Source: a virus (taxonomy: Duplodnaviria; Caudoviricetes). Taken from it: 64,000 bases of DNA. Location: IMG/VR virus record IMGVR_UViG_3300007171_000004, positions 160,001-224,000 of that record; one strand, written 5' to 3'. The translations under genes and the position numbers were made by a program. Shown one piece after another: positions 49,663 through 58,150 of the stretch (within the stretch, counting starts at the first letter, position 1; the number at the start of each line of letters is the position of its first letter). The notes beneath the pieces are model-generated. The model was not told where the DNA came from, did no database searches, and worked only from the letters and a program-made list of their open reading frames with translations.

Positions 49663-50370
49663 TTAGATGTTAAGAGCTTTTTTAAGTCTTTCGTATGGAC
49701 TTGTGGCATCTGCAGCATAAACAAGAAATTCATCTGCAAGGCCAAAACTCTCATAATTTCCTTGGGTATATTTTTCGCTATTAGATTTACCAAGATTAAG
49801 ATCAACTTCTGCTTCATGGTTTTTGATAGCTACTCTGAAGGTATTATTTCCAGTAGAAGCAATTTTAGCGGTGGAATTTTGTGCAGTAAGAACGTTGCCT
49901 AATAAACACTCTTCGAACCATGGCTTTAATTCGCTATGAAGTGTTTGGAGTGCATTACTGTCTTTTTGTGCATATTCGGCTAATTTTACCAATGAATCAA
50001 AAGCCTTATTAGAAACTTTAACGATTGCATGGTCGCCTTGGCATAATCTCTTGGCGAATTCCTTAGCAGAAACATTCTTGAGGGTATTTTCTACAGCTGG
50101 TTTACAATCATCATACTTTGTTGGAACTACTGGGATAAATGTTGCTTTTTGGGCTTCCTTAACATTTTCTTGGAAGATAGAAGAAGCATACTTCTCTACC
50201 ATATCAAGATCGAAATTTTCACTAGCTAAAATTTCAATAGCGTCTGATCTGTTGTAGCCTTGTTGCTTTAGATCTGACGCTAATCGTTGAATTAACATGC
50301 CTTGACCAGAACTATGAGACTTAAGCTCATTCCTCCAGTTATAAATAAAGTCATTTTTTGTTTCGTACAC
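49663..50370 (-). CDS. probable virion/head protein
   Basis: GTG start with AGGAG RBS; RLAS, KEAQ and KIAS motifs. Confidence 0.6.
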   Translation of the reverse strand: MYETKNDFIYNWRNELKSHSSGQGMLIQRLASDLKQQGYNRSDAIEILASENFDLDMVEKYASSIFQENVKEAQKATFIPVVPTKYDDCKPAVENTLKNVSAKEFAKRLCQGDHAIVKVSNKAFDSLVKLAEYAQKDSNALQTLHSELKPWFEECLLGNVLTAQNSTAKIASTGNNTFRVAIKNHEAEVDLNLGKSNSEKYTQGNYESFGLADEFLVYAADATSPYERLKKALNI

Positions 50371-50505
50371 TCTTATTATCTCCTGGTATAAAATTTTCTT
50401 TCAAGCCCCTAAAATAAAAATAAGGGCCACGAAGAAAGGCAACCCAAGAAGAAGAGCAAGAAAGAAGAAGAACACATAAGATATAATGCAAAATTTTTGG
50501 GCAAA

Positions 50506-51057
50506 TTATACTATTTCTTCTTCTAGTAATTTCTTAAGTGATTCTAATGCTCGTTCTAATCTTCTTGAAAACGATGCTTGGGTAATTTTCAATAATTCTG
50601 CAGCTTCTTCTTGAGTATATTCTTCAAAGAAATATAACTTAATTGCCTCTCTTTGTTTTTCTTTCAATTTAAGCAATGCATCTTTTATTACAATTTTATC
50701 CAATATTCTATTAAATGGATCACTGGCTTTTAGTTCTTGAATTTCTTGTTCATCAATTTCTTCAAGATGCGTGAATTTGCATTTGATGAGATTAACAATT
50801 GCTCTATCTATTCTTGTTGCTAAGTAATATGAAAAGAAAGATAATTCTGGATCATAAAGTTCTACAAGCTTCTTAAAGATAAAATAAGATTCTTGAATTA
50901 CATCCTCTACATATCTTATAGAATTATATTTAACTGTGCATCTTCTAATTGATGTTCTAATTAAGGGAGTATAGAATTCGTAAAGTTTATTTAAAGAATA
51001 TTGATCATTATTTTTAGCTTTTTCTACCAGCTTATTTATTTCTTCATAATTGTCCAT
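50506..51057 (-). CDS. sigma-70 family sigma factor (ECF-like, regions 2 and 4)
   Basis: LVEKAKNND...LYEFYTPLI...EDVIQE...YDPE...FSYYLAT; LKEKQREAIKLYFFEEYTQEEAAELLKITQASFSR. Confidence 0.85.
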   Translation of the reverse strand: MDNYEEINKLVEKAKNNDQYSLNKLYEFYTPLIRTSIRRCTVKYNSIRYVEDVIQESYFIFKKLVELYDPELSFFSYYLATRIDRAIVNLIKCKFTHLEEIDEQEIQELKASDPFNRILDKIVIKDALLKLKEKQREAIKLYFFEEYTQEEAAELLKITQASFSRRLERALESLKKLLEEEIV

Positions 51058-52090
51058 TGGTTAAACTCTTTATATAAACTTTATCTGAAAGAGCTAAAGC
51101 TAATCTTGGGAATACAATATTTTCTTTAACGTTATTTCTCAAATCTATTATACTGTTCACTGTAGATAGATACATGTTGGTTATTTCTTCAGTATTGTTT
51201 TTGAAATTATTGTAAGCAATTTTAGCTCTGATTGGATTAGGAGCTGGTATATTGATATTCTTTATTTCTGCATATCCATTGTCGAAATATTTGTTAATGA
51301 AATCTTCTAATTTAATAAGTTTATCAATTTCTTGGATATTCAGATTTTTTTCTTTAATTTCAGCTATAGAGAAATAAAAATTTAATTGAGAAAGTAAGAT
51401 CATTAAAGTCGCTTGATGACCATGGCTTTTATTTAAATTATCTAAGCCTTGGAGAATTTTTTTAGAATCTTGTTGAAAGCAATCGTTTATAAAATCAAAT
51501 ATATTGTCATCGTTAGAAAAGTTGCAATCATTAAAGTCTTCTAAAGTAAGTGGTCTATCAAATGCAGATGTAAGTTTGTGAATTTCATTTGTAAGAAGAT
51601 ATAGATTATAAACAATAGCATCTTTCTTGACATTATTTTCCTTAATTTTAATTGTTTCTGTCGGGCAATTATTTAAAAGGAATTGAAAAGCTTCATTTGT
51701 CATTTGAATATTGCCAAGAAACTTTTTGAGATTATTCTGATCGTTCACTAAGATAGGTTGAATATTAACAATTCTTTTATATTTTTGGCAGTTTTTAGAA
51801 AAAGATGATCTCATATCTAAGGAATCATTTATAGCAAAAATTCCGATAATATTTGATATGTTTTCCACATTGTCATTAATAAGCTTTAGAATCTCAGCTT
51901 TGGGATTAATGATTTTGAATACTCTTTGATTTGAGAAAATATTGAATTGAAATAAGCTCTTGTGGATTGTATTTAAATCAGCATCATTATCAAAAAATAT
52001 CAGATCCTTGGAATTAACCAAAGATCTGAAATGCATGTTAGATAAGAAATCATCCCCTGTGTATACAAAAATATTATCCCACTTGTTCAT
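51044..52090 (-). CDS. holA: DNA polymerase III delta subunit-like
   Basis: VYTGDDF, FNIFSNQRVFKI, LTNEIHKL, NIFDFINDCF, ILLSQL; next to dnaN and dnaX. Confidence 0.6.
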   Translation of the reverse strand: MNKWDNIFVYTGDDFLSNMHFRSLVNSKDLIFFDNDADLNTIHKSLFQFNIFSNQRVFKIINPKAEILKLINDNVENISNIIGIFAINDSLDMRSSFSKNCQKYKRIVNIQPILVNDQNNLKKFLGNIQMTNEAFQFLLNNCPTETIKIKENNVKKDAIVYNLYLLTNEIHKLTSAFDRPLTLEDFNDCNFSNDDNIFDFINDCFQQDSKKILQGLDNLNKSHGHQATLMILLSQLNFYFSIAEIKEKNLNIQEIDKLIKLEDFINKYFDNGYAEIKNINIPAPNPIRAKIAYNNFKNNTEEITNMYLSTVNSIIDLRNNVKENIVFPRLALALSDKVYIKSLTNGQL

Positions 52091-53192
52091 TTGCTTTGAC
52101 CGGGAATATCATATGATTGATATCCTTATTATTACACAGTATACCATAGCTGTTCTCATTAATTTCTTTAAATTCAAATTCTAGTTTAAGATCCTGAAAT
52201 AAGTCAAAATATTTTAAAAAAGATCTATGGGATACAAGAGTCTCACATTGTCCATCTATTTCTTCACAGTCTAATGAATACTTCAAAATTCCAACACTAT
52301 CATCAGCTGCAGAAATATTGAGTTTTTCATCAAGCTGTAATTTAATATAAGAATCTTTAGCAATCAATGAAGAAAGTTTTAGTGCATTTTGTAATTCACT
52401 TGATAAGACTTTTACTTTAGCAATGGTTGGTTTTTCGATCCATACCTTTAGATCTGGAAAATTTTGAGAACCTTCCAGTAAAGAAGTATAGATTGTATTT
52501 CCCCAAGATATTTTAAAATGTTTCTTACATGGCCAAATCTTAATTTTACTATCTTGAATATTTAATGAAGATAAGAAATCAACAGCCTCTTTAGGTATGA
52601 GAAAAACATGGCTTTTATTGCAGTTTAAGCGACTTTCTTTTTGAACTATAGATATTCTTCCAAGATCACAAGATTCAGCTCTAATATGATTAAAATCAAC
52701 TGTAAACTTTAAAGCTGTCAAGGGAGCATTTTGCCATTCAGAACTTACAGAAAAATATGTATTCTTGATTAATCCCATGAATAAATTTGATTCTATTTCA
52801 AATTCATCATCTGTGGATAAAGGTTTAAATGAAGAAAAGTCATCACCTTTACCACAAGGAAATGCCATCTTTGTTTTCTTGTTTCCAGCAATTAATGCAT
52901 TATCATCTTGCTTATAGACACATTGAATCTTATCTTCAGGAAATTGATTAAAAAACTCTAAAAATAATGCAGCATTAATTGAAAACTGAAAATCATCTCC
53001 TTTATCTAAACTTTCATATGGCAGAATGATACTTTGTTCAGATATCTCGTTAATTGAAACGATACAAAGAATCTCATCTTTCTTGTAAATTAAAAATTCA
53101 GAATCTGCTTTGCCCTTTGATTTAGTATTACAAGTTTTCAAGGCTTGTTTTAAAATAGGCAAAGTGGAAGTTCTAGAAAATGTAATTTTCAA
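52074..53192 (-). CDS. dnaN: sliding clamp (DNA Pol III beta)
   Basis: 372 aa with a three-repeat clamp pattern: IKNTYFSVS, RAESCDLGRIS, LIPKEA, SLLEGSQNFPD, MIFPV. Confidence 0.8.
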   Translation of the reverse strand: MKITFSRTSTLPILKQALKTCNTKSKGKADSEFLIYKKDEILCIVSINEISEQSIILPYESLDKGDDFQFSINAALFLEFFNQFPEDKIQCVYKQDDNALIAGNKKTKMAFPCGKGDDFSSFKPLSTDDEFEIESNLFMGLIKNTYFSVSSEWQNAPLTALKFTVDFNHIRAESCDLGRISIVQKESRLNCNKSHVFLIPKEAVDFLSSLNIQDSKIKIWPCKKHFKISWGNTIYTSLLEGSQNFPDLKVWIEKPTIAKVKVLSSELQNALKLSSLIAKDSYIKLQLDEKLNISAADDSVGILKYSLDCEEIDGQCETLVSHRSFLKYFDLFQDLKLEFEFKEINENSYGILCNNKDINHMIFPVKANEQVG

Positions 53193-54187
53193 TGAAGTTG
53201 CCCTTGGAATTCAATTTCGATGCCTGGATTGTATTTCATGATTTGACTCATTATGCAAAGCATAAACGAACCTTCATCATCAACAAAATGAAGTTTCCCA
53301 TCTTCATACCAATCCCAACCATTTTCAACTTGAGCTAAAACATCCATTTTATTCACAATGAGTTTAGTAACACCATTCATTTGACAAGCTTGATTTACTT
53401 CATCAAGATTCAACCAGTCTATTTGTCTTGGTCGTCCCGTAGTGGCTCCGTATTCTTGACCAATCTCACGCAACTTTTCAAATCTGTCGTCGTGTACTTG
53501 CTGGTAATCTTTGGCTCCAACATAGGTAGAATAACACTTGATAACCCCGACAACATTCCGTATTTGCTGATAATTGAAACCATTATTTAAAACTGCTCCT
53601 ACTCCTGTATTTGAAGATGTGACATATGGATAATCGCCAAAGTCAATATCTAGCCAATATCCTTGAGCACCTTCAGCTAAAAATTTTTTTGGAGACGAAT
53701 GAATAAGAGTATGCATATTCACAAGATAAGGTTGTAATTCAGGCACATCTTTGGCACGAATTCCTGTACGAGACACTTTATCCCGATAACAAGGACCATT
53801 TCCAGTACGTGTTGTTCCAATCTTAGTATCTTTGGAATCTTCTTCGATATGATCTCTAGTAATTATATGAGCGTTTTCAGCAATACGTAAGATCGATGTA
53901 TCAAAACCAAGATTTTCTAGATATTCGATTTCTTCGAATAACTTCTGGGTATTAATAACACATCCGTTGCCAATTACGCTAGGTATCCCATGAAGTATGC
54001 CACAAGGAACTAGGTGTGTAACAATTTTCTCTCCTTTGAGGTAAATTGTATGACCAGCATTTCCTCCACCGTTAAAACGAATCACATAATCATATTCGCC
54101 AGATGCAGCCATTTGATTAGCTATCTTGCCCTTACCCTCATCGCCATATTGCATTCCAATTACGACATCAACAACTGAAGTTTCCAT
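53189..54187 (-). CDS. purA: adenylosuccinate synthetase (short type)
   Basis: GMQYGDEGKGK, GGGNAGHT, EGAQG, YPYVTSS, GATTGRPR, NKMD. Confidence 0.92.
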   Translation of the reverse strand: METSVVDVVIGMQYGDEGKGKIANQMAASGEYDYVIRFNGGGNAGHTIYLKGEKIVTHLVPCGILHGIPSVIGNGCVINTQKLFEEIEYLENLGFDTSILRIAENAHIITRDHIEEDSKDTKIGTTRTGNGPCYRDKVSRTGIRAKDVPELQPYLVNMHTLIHSSPKKFLAEGAQGYWLDIDFGDYPYVTSSNTGVGAVLNNGFNYQQIRNVVGVIKCYSTYVGAKDYQQVHDDRFEKLREIGQEYGATTGRPRQIDWLNLDEVNQACQMNGVTKLIVNKMDVLAQVENGWDWYEDGKLHFVDDEGSFMLCIMSQIMKYNPGIEIEFQGQLH

Positions 54188-54192
54188 GTCTT

Positions 54193-54220
54193 ATTATATC
54201 GGATTTTGCAATTAAATCAA
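54193..54220 (-). promoter_or_regulatory. sigmaA-type promoter, probably leaderless purA mRNA
   Basis: TTGATT-N16-TATAAT-N5-ATG with no SD sequence. Confidence 0.6.
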
Positions 54221-54260
54221 GATTCAAATAGGCTGATTTCGATTTCTTTGTTATGTTCTT

Positions 54261-55052
54261 CTACTCGTTTTTCTTATCTTTACTTTGGATGTATTCTTCT
54301 ATTACTATGATTTCTTCTCTATATAATGAGCCTTCAAATTTGTGATTGGCATCTTTATAGACTGTGTATACATCTGTGGCTTTTTTTCTGATTCGAGTAA
54401 GAGCATTGTCTACACATTTTGCTGGAACATTTAGATTTTTTGAGATTTCTTTGTAAGTAGAATCGTATCCATATTCTTCAAAGATCTCAGTTTCTAATGG
54501 TGTAAGTTTTTTCTTTAAAATTTTTGATGCTTCTTCTAATTCTTCTTTAAGTAGAATGTCATCAATGATTTGAGTTTCTCTTGGTTCACCAAATGGATTA
54601 TCTCTATCTGGAATGAAATCTGCTAAAGTTTGTAAATTTCCATCATCTCCTAAAATAATTGGAGCATCTAATGAAATAGATTCGTTTAAAATTGTATTCT
54701 TCATTCGCTTTGCTGAAGAAATAGCTGTCGCAAGGTGTCTTTTACAAACTAAATTTACACAGAAATTTTTAAATGTTGTATCTTTAGTGCAGTCAAATGA
54801 ATTTATTGCTTTGAGAACTCCTAGTCTGAGTTCTTGTAAAACATCTTCTTTATCAGATCCCAATATAAAGAAGTGAAAAGTTAATTTCTTTAAATCTGGT
54901 TCAACCATTTTAAGAAGGGTGTCAAATGCTCTATTGTCACCCTTCTTAGCCTTTTCAACCAATCTTACTATTCTAACAGTTTCTGCTGCCATAATTTCCT
55001 CCACGGCAGCAATCAATTTTAAATCATTTGTTACTTTGAGCAACAATCCCAA
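54261..55052 (-). CDS. sigH: SigH-like RNA polymerase sigma factor
   Basis: FFILGSDKEDVLQELRLGVLKAINSFD...FKNFCVNLVCKRHLATAISSAKRMKNTILNESISLDAPI and LTPLE...TYKEIS..LNVPAKCVDNALTRIRKK closely follow the SigH/Spo0H pattern. Confidence 0.85.
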   Translation of the reverse strand: MGLLLKVTNDLKLIAAVEEIMAAETVRIVRLVEKAKKGDNRAFDTLLKMVEPDLKKLTFHFFILGSDKEDVLQELRLGVLKAINSFDCTKDTTFKNFCVNLVCKRHLATAISSAKRMKNTILNESISLDAPIILGDDGNLQTLADFIPDRDNPFGEPRETQIIDDILLKEELEEASKILKKKLTPLETEIFEEYGYDSTYKEISKNLNVPAKCVDNALTRIRKKATDVYTVYKDANHKFEGSLYREEIIVIEEYIQSKDKKNE

Positions 55053-56097
55053 TAGCTTTTAATACTGCTGTTTTAACAACAATATCTTCAGAAACGTTTT
55101 GCCGTATTTTTAATATTACATCCCAAAAATATTCATTTAGATTTAAAATTACATTTCCCTTTATCAATGCTCCTGAAAATTCATTAACATATTCATCAAC
55201 AAAATTATCATCTTTCAATAATTTAAATCGAAGAACATTCATCAAAATTTCTGACATATCTTGAAGAATTTGACCTAAATCTCTTCCCTCTAAATGGCAT
55301 GTTTCTACAATCCTAAATGATTTAGCTCTATCCATGTTTAGAATTGCATGAAGCAACTCTACTGATAGATGTTTTGGACTTTTGCCTAACAGTTCACGAA
55401 CATTATCATCTGTTGCGCCAATTGTAGAGACTTGTTCCAAAATAGCTAACGCAGTCCTTACACTTCCTTGTGATTCTTTGGCAATTAATTTTAAGCCTTC
55501 AGAATTTGAAGTTATTAATTCTTTTTTTACAATATTATCTAATATAGTTATAATATCTAACTCTGAAACCTTTTTAAGATGAAAATGTTGACATCTTGTT
55601 TTAATTGCTGGAAGAACTTTATTAGCATCTGTTGTGCAAAAAAAGAATTTTACATATGCTGGTGGTTCCTCTACAATCTTCAATAGTGAATTCTGTGCCT
55701 GAGGTGTTAGCATGTGACATTCATCAAAAATAAAGATCTTGTATTCTCCAATAGATGGCTGAATTCTAATCTTTTCGGCTACATTTTCACGAATATTGTC
55801 AATGCCATTATTAACAGCACAATTAATCTCAATCAAGTCTCGATGAGAGTCATTCATTATAAGTTTAGATGACTGAGAATTCAAATCAGGATTAGGGTCA
55901 TTTTCAGGACGATTTTCACAAAGCAAAGACATAGCAACAAGGCGAGCTAAAGTTGTCTTTCCAGTGCCAGGAGGACCAGAAAGGAGATACGCATGTGAAG
56001 TTTTATCGTGAACAATTTGTGCACTAAATATCTTAGTTGCAAAAGGTTGAATAACAGAATCAAAACTTACTGGTCTATATTTATTGTAAAGGCTCAT
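55024..56097 (-). CDS. dnaX: DNA polymerase III gamma/tau (clamp loader ATPase)
   Basis: LYNKYRP, HAYLLSGPPGTGKT, IEINCA, IFDECHML, LLKIVEEPP, IKTRCQ, GSVRTAL. Confidence 0.9.
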   Translation of the reverse strand: MSLYNKYRPVSFDSVIQPFATKIFSAQIVHDKTSHAYLLSGPPGTGKTTLARLVAMSLLCENRPENDPNPDLNSQSSKLIMNDSHRDLIEINCAVNNGIDNIRENVAEKIRIQPSIGEYKIFIFDECHMLTPQAQNSLLKIVEEPPAYVKFFFCTTDANKVLPAIKTRCQHFHLKKVSELDIITILDNIVKKELITSNSEGLKLIAKESQGSVRTALAILEQVSTIGATDDNVRELLGKSPKHLSVELLHAILNMDRAKSFRIVETCHLEGRDLGQILQDMSEILMNVLRFKLLKDDNFVDEYVNEFSGALIKGNVILNLNEYFWDVILKIRQNVSEDIVVKTAVLKAIGIVAQSNK

Positions 56098-56437
56098 CGA
56101 AACTCACTTTAAGTAAAAAATCTGGATCTTGATCCTCTGTCCAATCTAAATCTCTATCATAAAATTCAAATTGACAAATCCAAGGAACCAAAATGCCACC
56201 ACAAATTATATCACTAAAATCTTCTTGTTCAATACTATAAGTAATATTTTGTTCATCTAATTTTGCAACTACAATACTGATATCAGATTCTTCTTCGCAA
56301 TATATATAAGAATTATCATCTGAGCAATCTTGAAATGAATAGCTAGAAATTATCTTAGATATTTTGAGTTTTCTAAGTAACTTTCTGGGAACTTTCAAAT
56401 AAGAATTTTCTGAATCTGAATATAATTTAAGTTTCAA
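56081..56437 (-). CDS. hypothetical protein
   Basis: 118 aa, acidic, overlaps both neighbours. Confidence 0.6.
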   Translation of the reverse strand: MKLKLYSDSENSYLKVPRKLLRKLKISKIISSYSFQDCSDDNSYIYCEEESDISIVVAKLDEQNITYSIEQEDFSDIICGGILVPWICQFEFYDRDLDWTEDQDPDFLLKVSFDEPLQ

Positions 56438-56919
56438 AAATCATACTCCTGAGGTAGTGGTATTTCGAGCGGATTTTTAGAATTAAGCAAGGAAGGAAGC
56501 ATATCATCAGTTTCCCATTTTGCACTTATTCCATTCTTGACAAAAAACTCAACAATAAACCCATAATCTTCTATATCAGGCTTTCTAAGTTTTCCATCAT
56601 TGTTTTGACCAATTGAATACAGACATCTAAATAGTTGCCACTCTTTCTGCGGATCATTTAGCTGCTTCCAATCATCAGACCAGACTGAAAAACAATAGTG
56701 CTTAGGGTCTCCACTTTTAGTAATCACAAGATCTCTTACCCAAGATTTATTTACTCCATCCATTGAACAGACTGGTGCAGATTTTGGCTTGACTCCATCA
56801 ATTTCACAAAAATGGATGTTATCAATATCAGCATGGCCAATATAAACATAATATCTCTCAATTAATTTTTCAGCTAATCTTTTGATATCTGGTGCGTCAT
56901 AAAATTCTACATTATTCAA
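56434..56919 (-). CDS. phage metallopeptidase-like protein lacking HExxH
   Basis: FYDAPDIKRLAEKLI...YCFSVWSDDWKQLNDPQKEWQLFRCLYSI...LRKPDIEDY..IVE. Confidence 0.55.
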   Translation of the reverse strand: MNNVEFYDAPDIKRLAEKLIERYYVYIGHADIDNIHFCEIDGVKPKSAPVCSMDGVNKSWVRDLVITKSGDPKHYCFSVWSDDWKQLNDPQKEWQLFRCLYSIGQNNDGKLRKPDIEDYGFIVEFFVKNGISAKWETDDMLPSLLNSKNPLEIPLPQEYDF

Positions 56920-56931
56920 TTTATTTTCTCC

Positions 56932-56963
56932 AAAAATAAACCCGCCAGATTCGACGGGTTTAT
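56932..56963 (-). terminator. intrinsic terminator
   Basis: 11-bp stem on the minus strand (includes a G.U pair) followed by TTTTT. Confidence 0.7.
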
Positions 56964-56966
56964 AAA

Positions 56967-57299
56967 CTAAATACTAAGTTGTGTTACAGCAACTACCTGA
57001 CCATTTTCATCTCGAATCGCAGAAGGTCCAGTATCTACACAAAATACATCTTCTCTTTGAAATGGAATATAATCCATACAAAGTCTACTTACAATATAAT
57101 AAGTTCCATCTTCAGGTTCTGGTAAGTTTACAAGCTTAATAAATTCTGTTTTTGCAATTGGAACACCAGCTAACTTACCAATAATCATTTGTTCGGTTTC
57201 TACACGACAAGGATTATCAGCTCTAGGTAATGTTGCATGACCTGAGATTGTAATATCATGTCCAATAAGATTTACAAACTTTTTAAATTCTGGATACAT
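56967..57299 (-). CDS. conserved phage hypothetical protein
   Basis: FVNLIGHDITI...NLPEPEDGTYYIVS...AIRDENGQV pattern, which I recall from many large phages. Confidence 0.65.
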   Translation of the reverse strand: MYPEFKKFVNLIGHDITISGHATLPRADNPCRVETEQMIIGKLAGVPIAKTEFIKLVNLPEPEDGTYYIVSRLCMDYIPFQREDVFCVDTGPSAIRDENGQVVAVTQLSI

Positions 57300-57787
57300 T
57301 AAACTCCAGTACTCCCAAATCCACCTTCTCGATCTTCATTAGAACTAGATGTAAATTCTTCTACTACCTTAAACTCAATTTCAGGAAGTTTGCAGATTAC
57401 AAGTTGAGCAATTCTATCTCCGTGCTTAACTACAAAGCCATTCTTTGAATGATTGTGAAGAATTACCTTGACTTCGAAATTCTCTCCTGAACCAGAAAAA
57501 TCAGCATCAACTGTACCTGGAGAATTCAATACAACAACTGAGTTCTTTGCTGCTAATCCAGAGCGAGATCTAACTTGAACTTCATAGCCTTTAGGAATAT
57601 TAACATTCAAACCAGTTTTAATTAGTTTGGTGTCATTTGCAGTCACTAAAATCTGATTGTCATAAGAATCTAAACACCAAGCATGAACATCATATCCAGC
57701 TGCATTCGATGTTGACTTGACTGGATATATTACTCCGTCACGAAACGCCTTAATCTCTACTACTTCTTCACTCTTCATTTTTCTCAT
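57299..57787 (-). CDS. dut: trimeric dUTPase
   Basis: AAGYDV, RSRSGLA, NSPGTVDADF, GDRIAQLV, REGGFGSTG. Confidence 0.95.
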   Translation of the reverse strand: MRKMKSEEVVEIKAFRDGVIYPVKSTSNAAGYDVHAWCLDSYDNQILVTANDTKLIKTGLNVNIPKGYEVQVRSRSGLAAKNSVVVLNSPGTVDADFSGSGENFEVKVILHNHSKNGFVVKHGDRIAQLVICKLPEIEFKVVEEFTSSSNEDREGGFGSTGV

Positions 57788-58082
57788 ATAAATCCTCCGG
57801 GTTGAACTGACTTGCGCTAGTATCAATTACAAGTTTAACAGGCTTTTCTCTAGAGCGCAAGGCTGTAGCAAAATTATATAACTCTCGTCCTTGCAAATTA
57901 GATTTCATACCAGTAATCGCTCTAATATCATCTAAAGAAAGTATGCTGCTAAAAATCTTTTCAGTTTCTACATCCTGTAACATTAACCAAAGTGTCTTTA
58001 CTACAGAAGGTTCGTCCTCTGTTCCTTCGTCTTCTTTAATTGAAGCATCTATAATTTTTAACAATCTCTCTTGTTTAGCCAT
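57768..58082 (-). CDS. hypothetical protein
   Basis: Start MAKQERLL with GAGGGCAGG upstream; extended -10 TGGTAAAAT just after the terminator. Confidence 0.65.
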   Translation of the reverse strand: MAKQERLLKIIDASIKEDEGTEDEPSVVKTLWLMLQDVETEKIFSSILSLDDIRAITGMKSNLQGRELYNFATALRSREKPVKLVIDTSASQFNPEDLYEKNEE

Positions 58083-58122
58083 ATGTATTAACCTGCCCTC
58101 AGAATATTTTACCATGAAAAGA

Positions 58123-58150
58123 AAAAAGAGGAGATTTCTCTCCTCTTTTT
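58123..58150 (-). terminator. intrinsic terminator (GAAA tetraloop)
   Basis: AAAAAGAGGAGA-GAAA-TCTCCTCTTTTT on the minus strand. Confidence 0.8.

Noticed and set aside
53189-54187. PurZ (2-aminoadenine, Z-genome pathway)
   Set aside because: It keeps the PurA catalytic Asp (GDEGKGK; PurZ has Ser) and a GTP-type NKMD motif. No dATPase partner is recognisable in the window.
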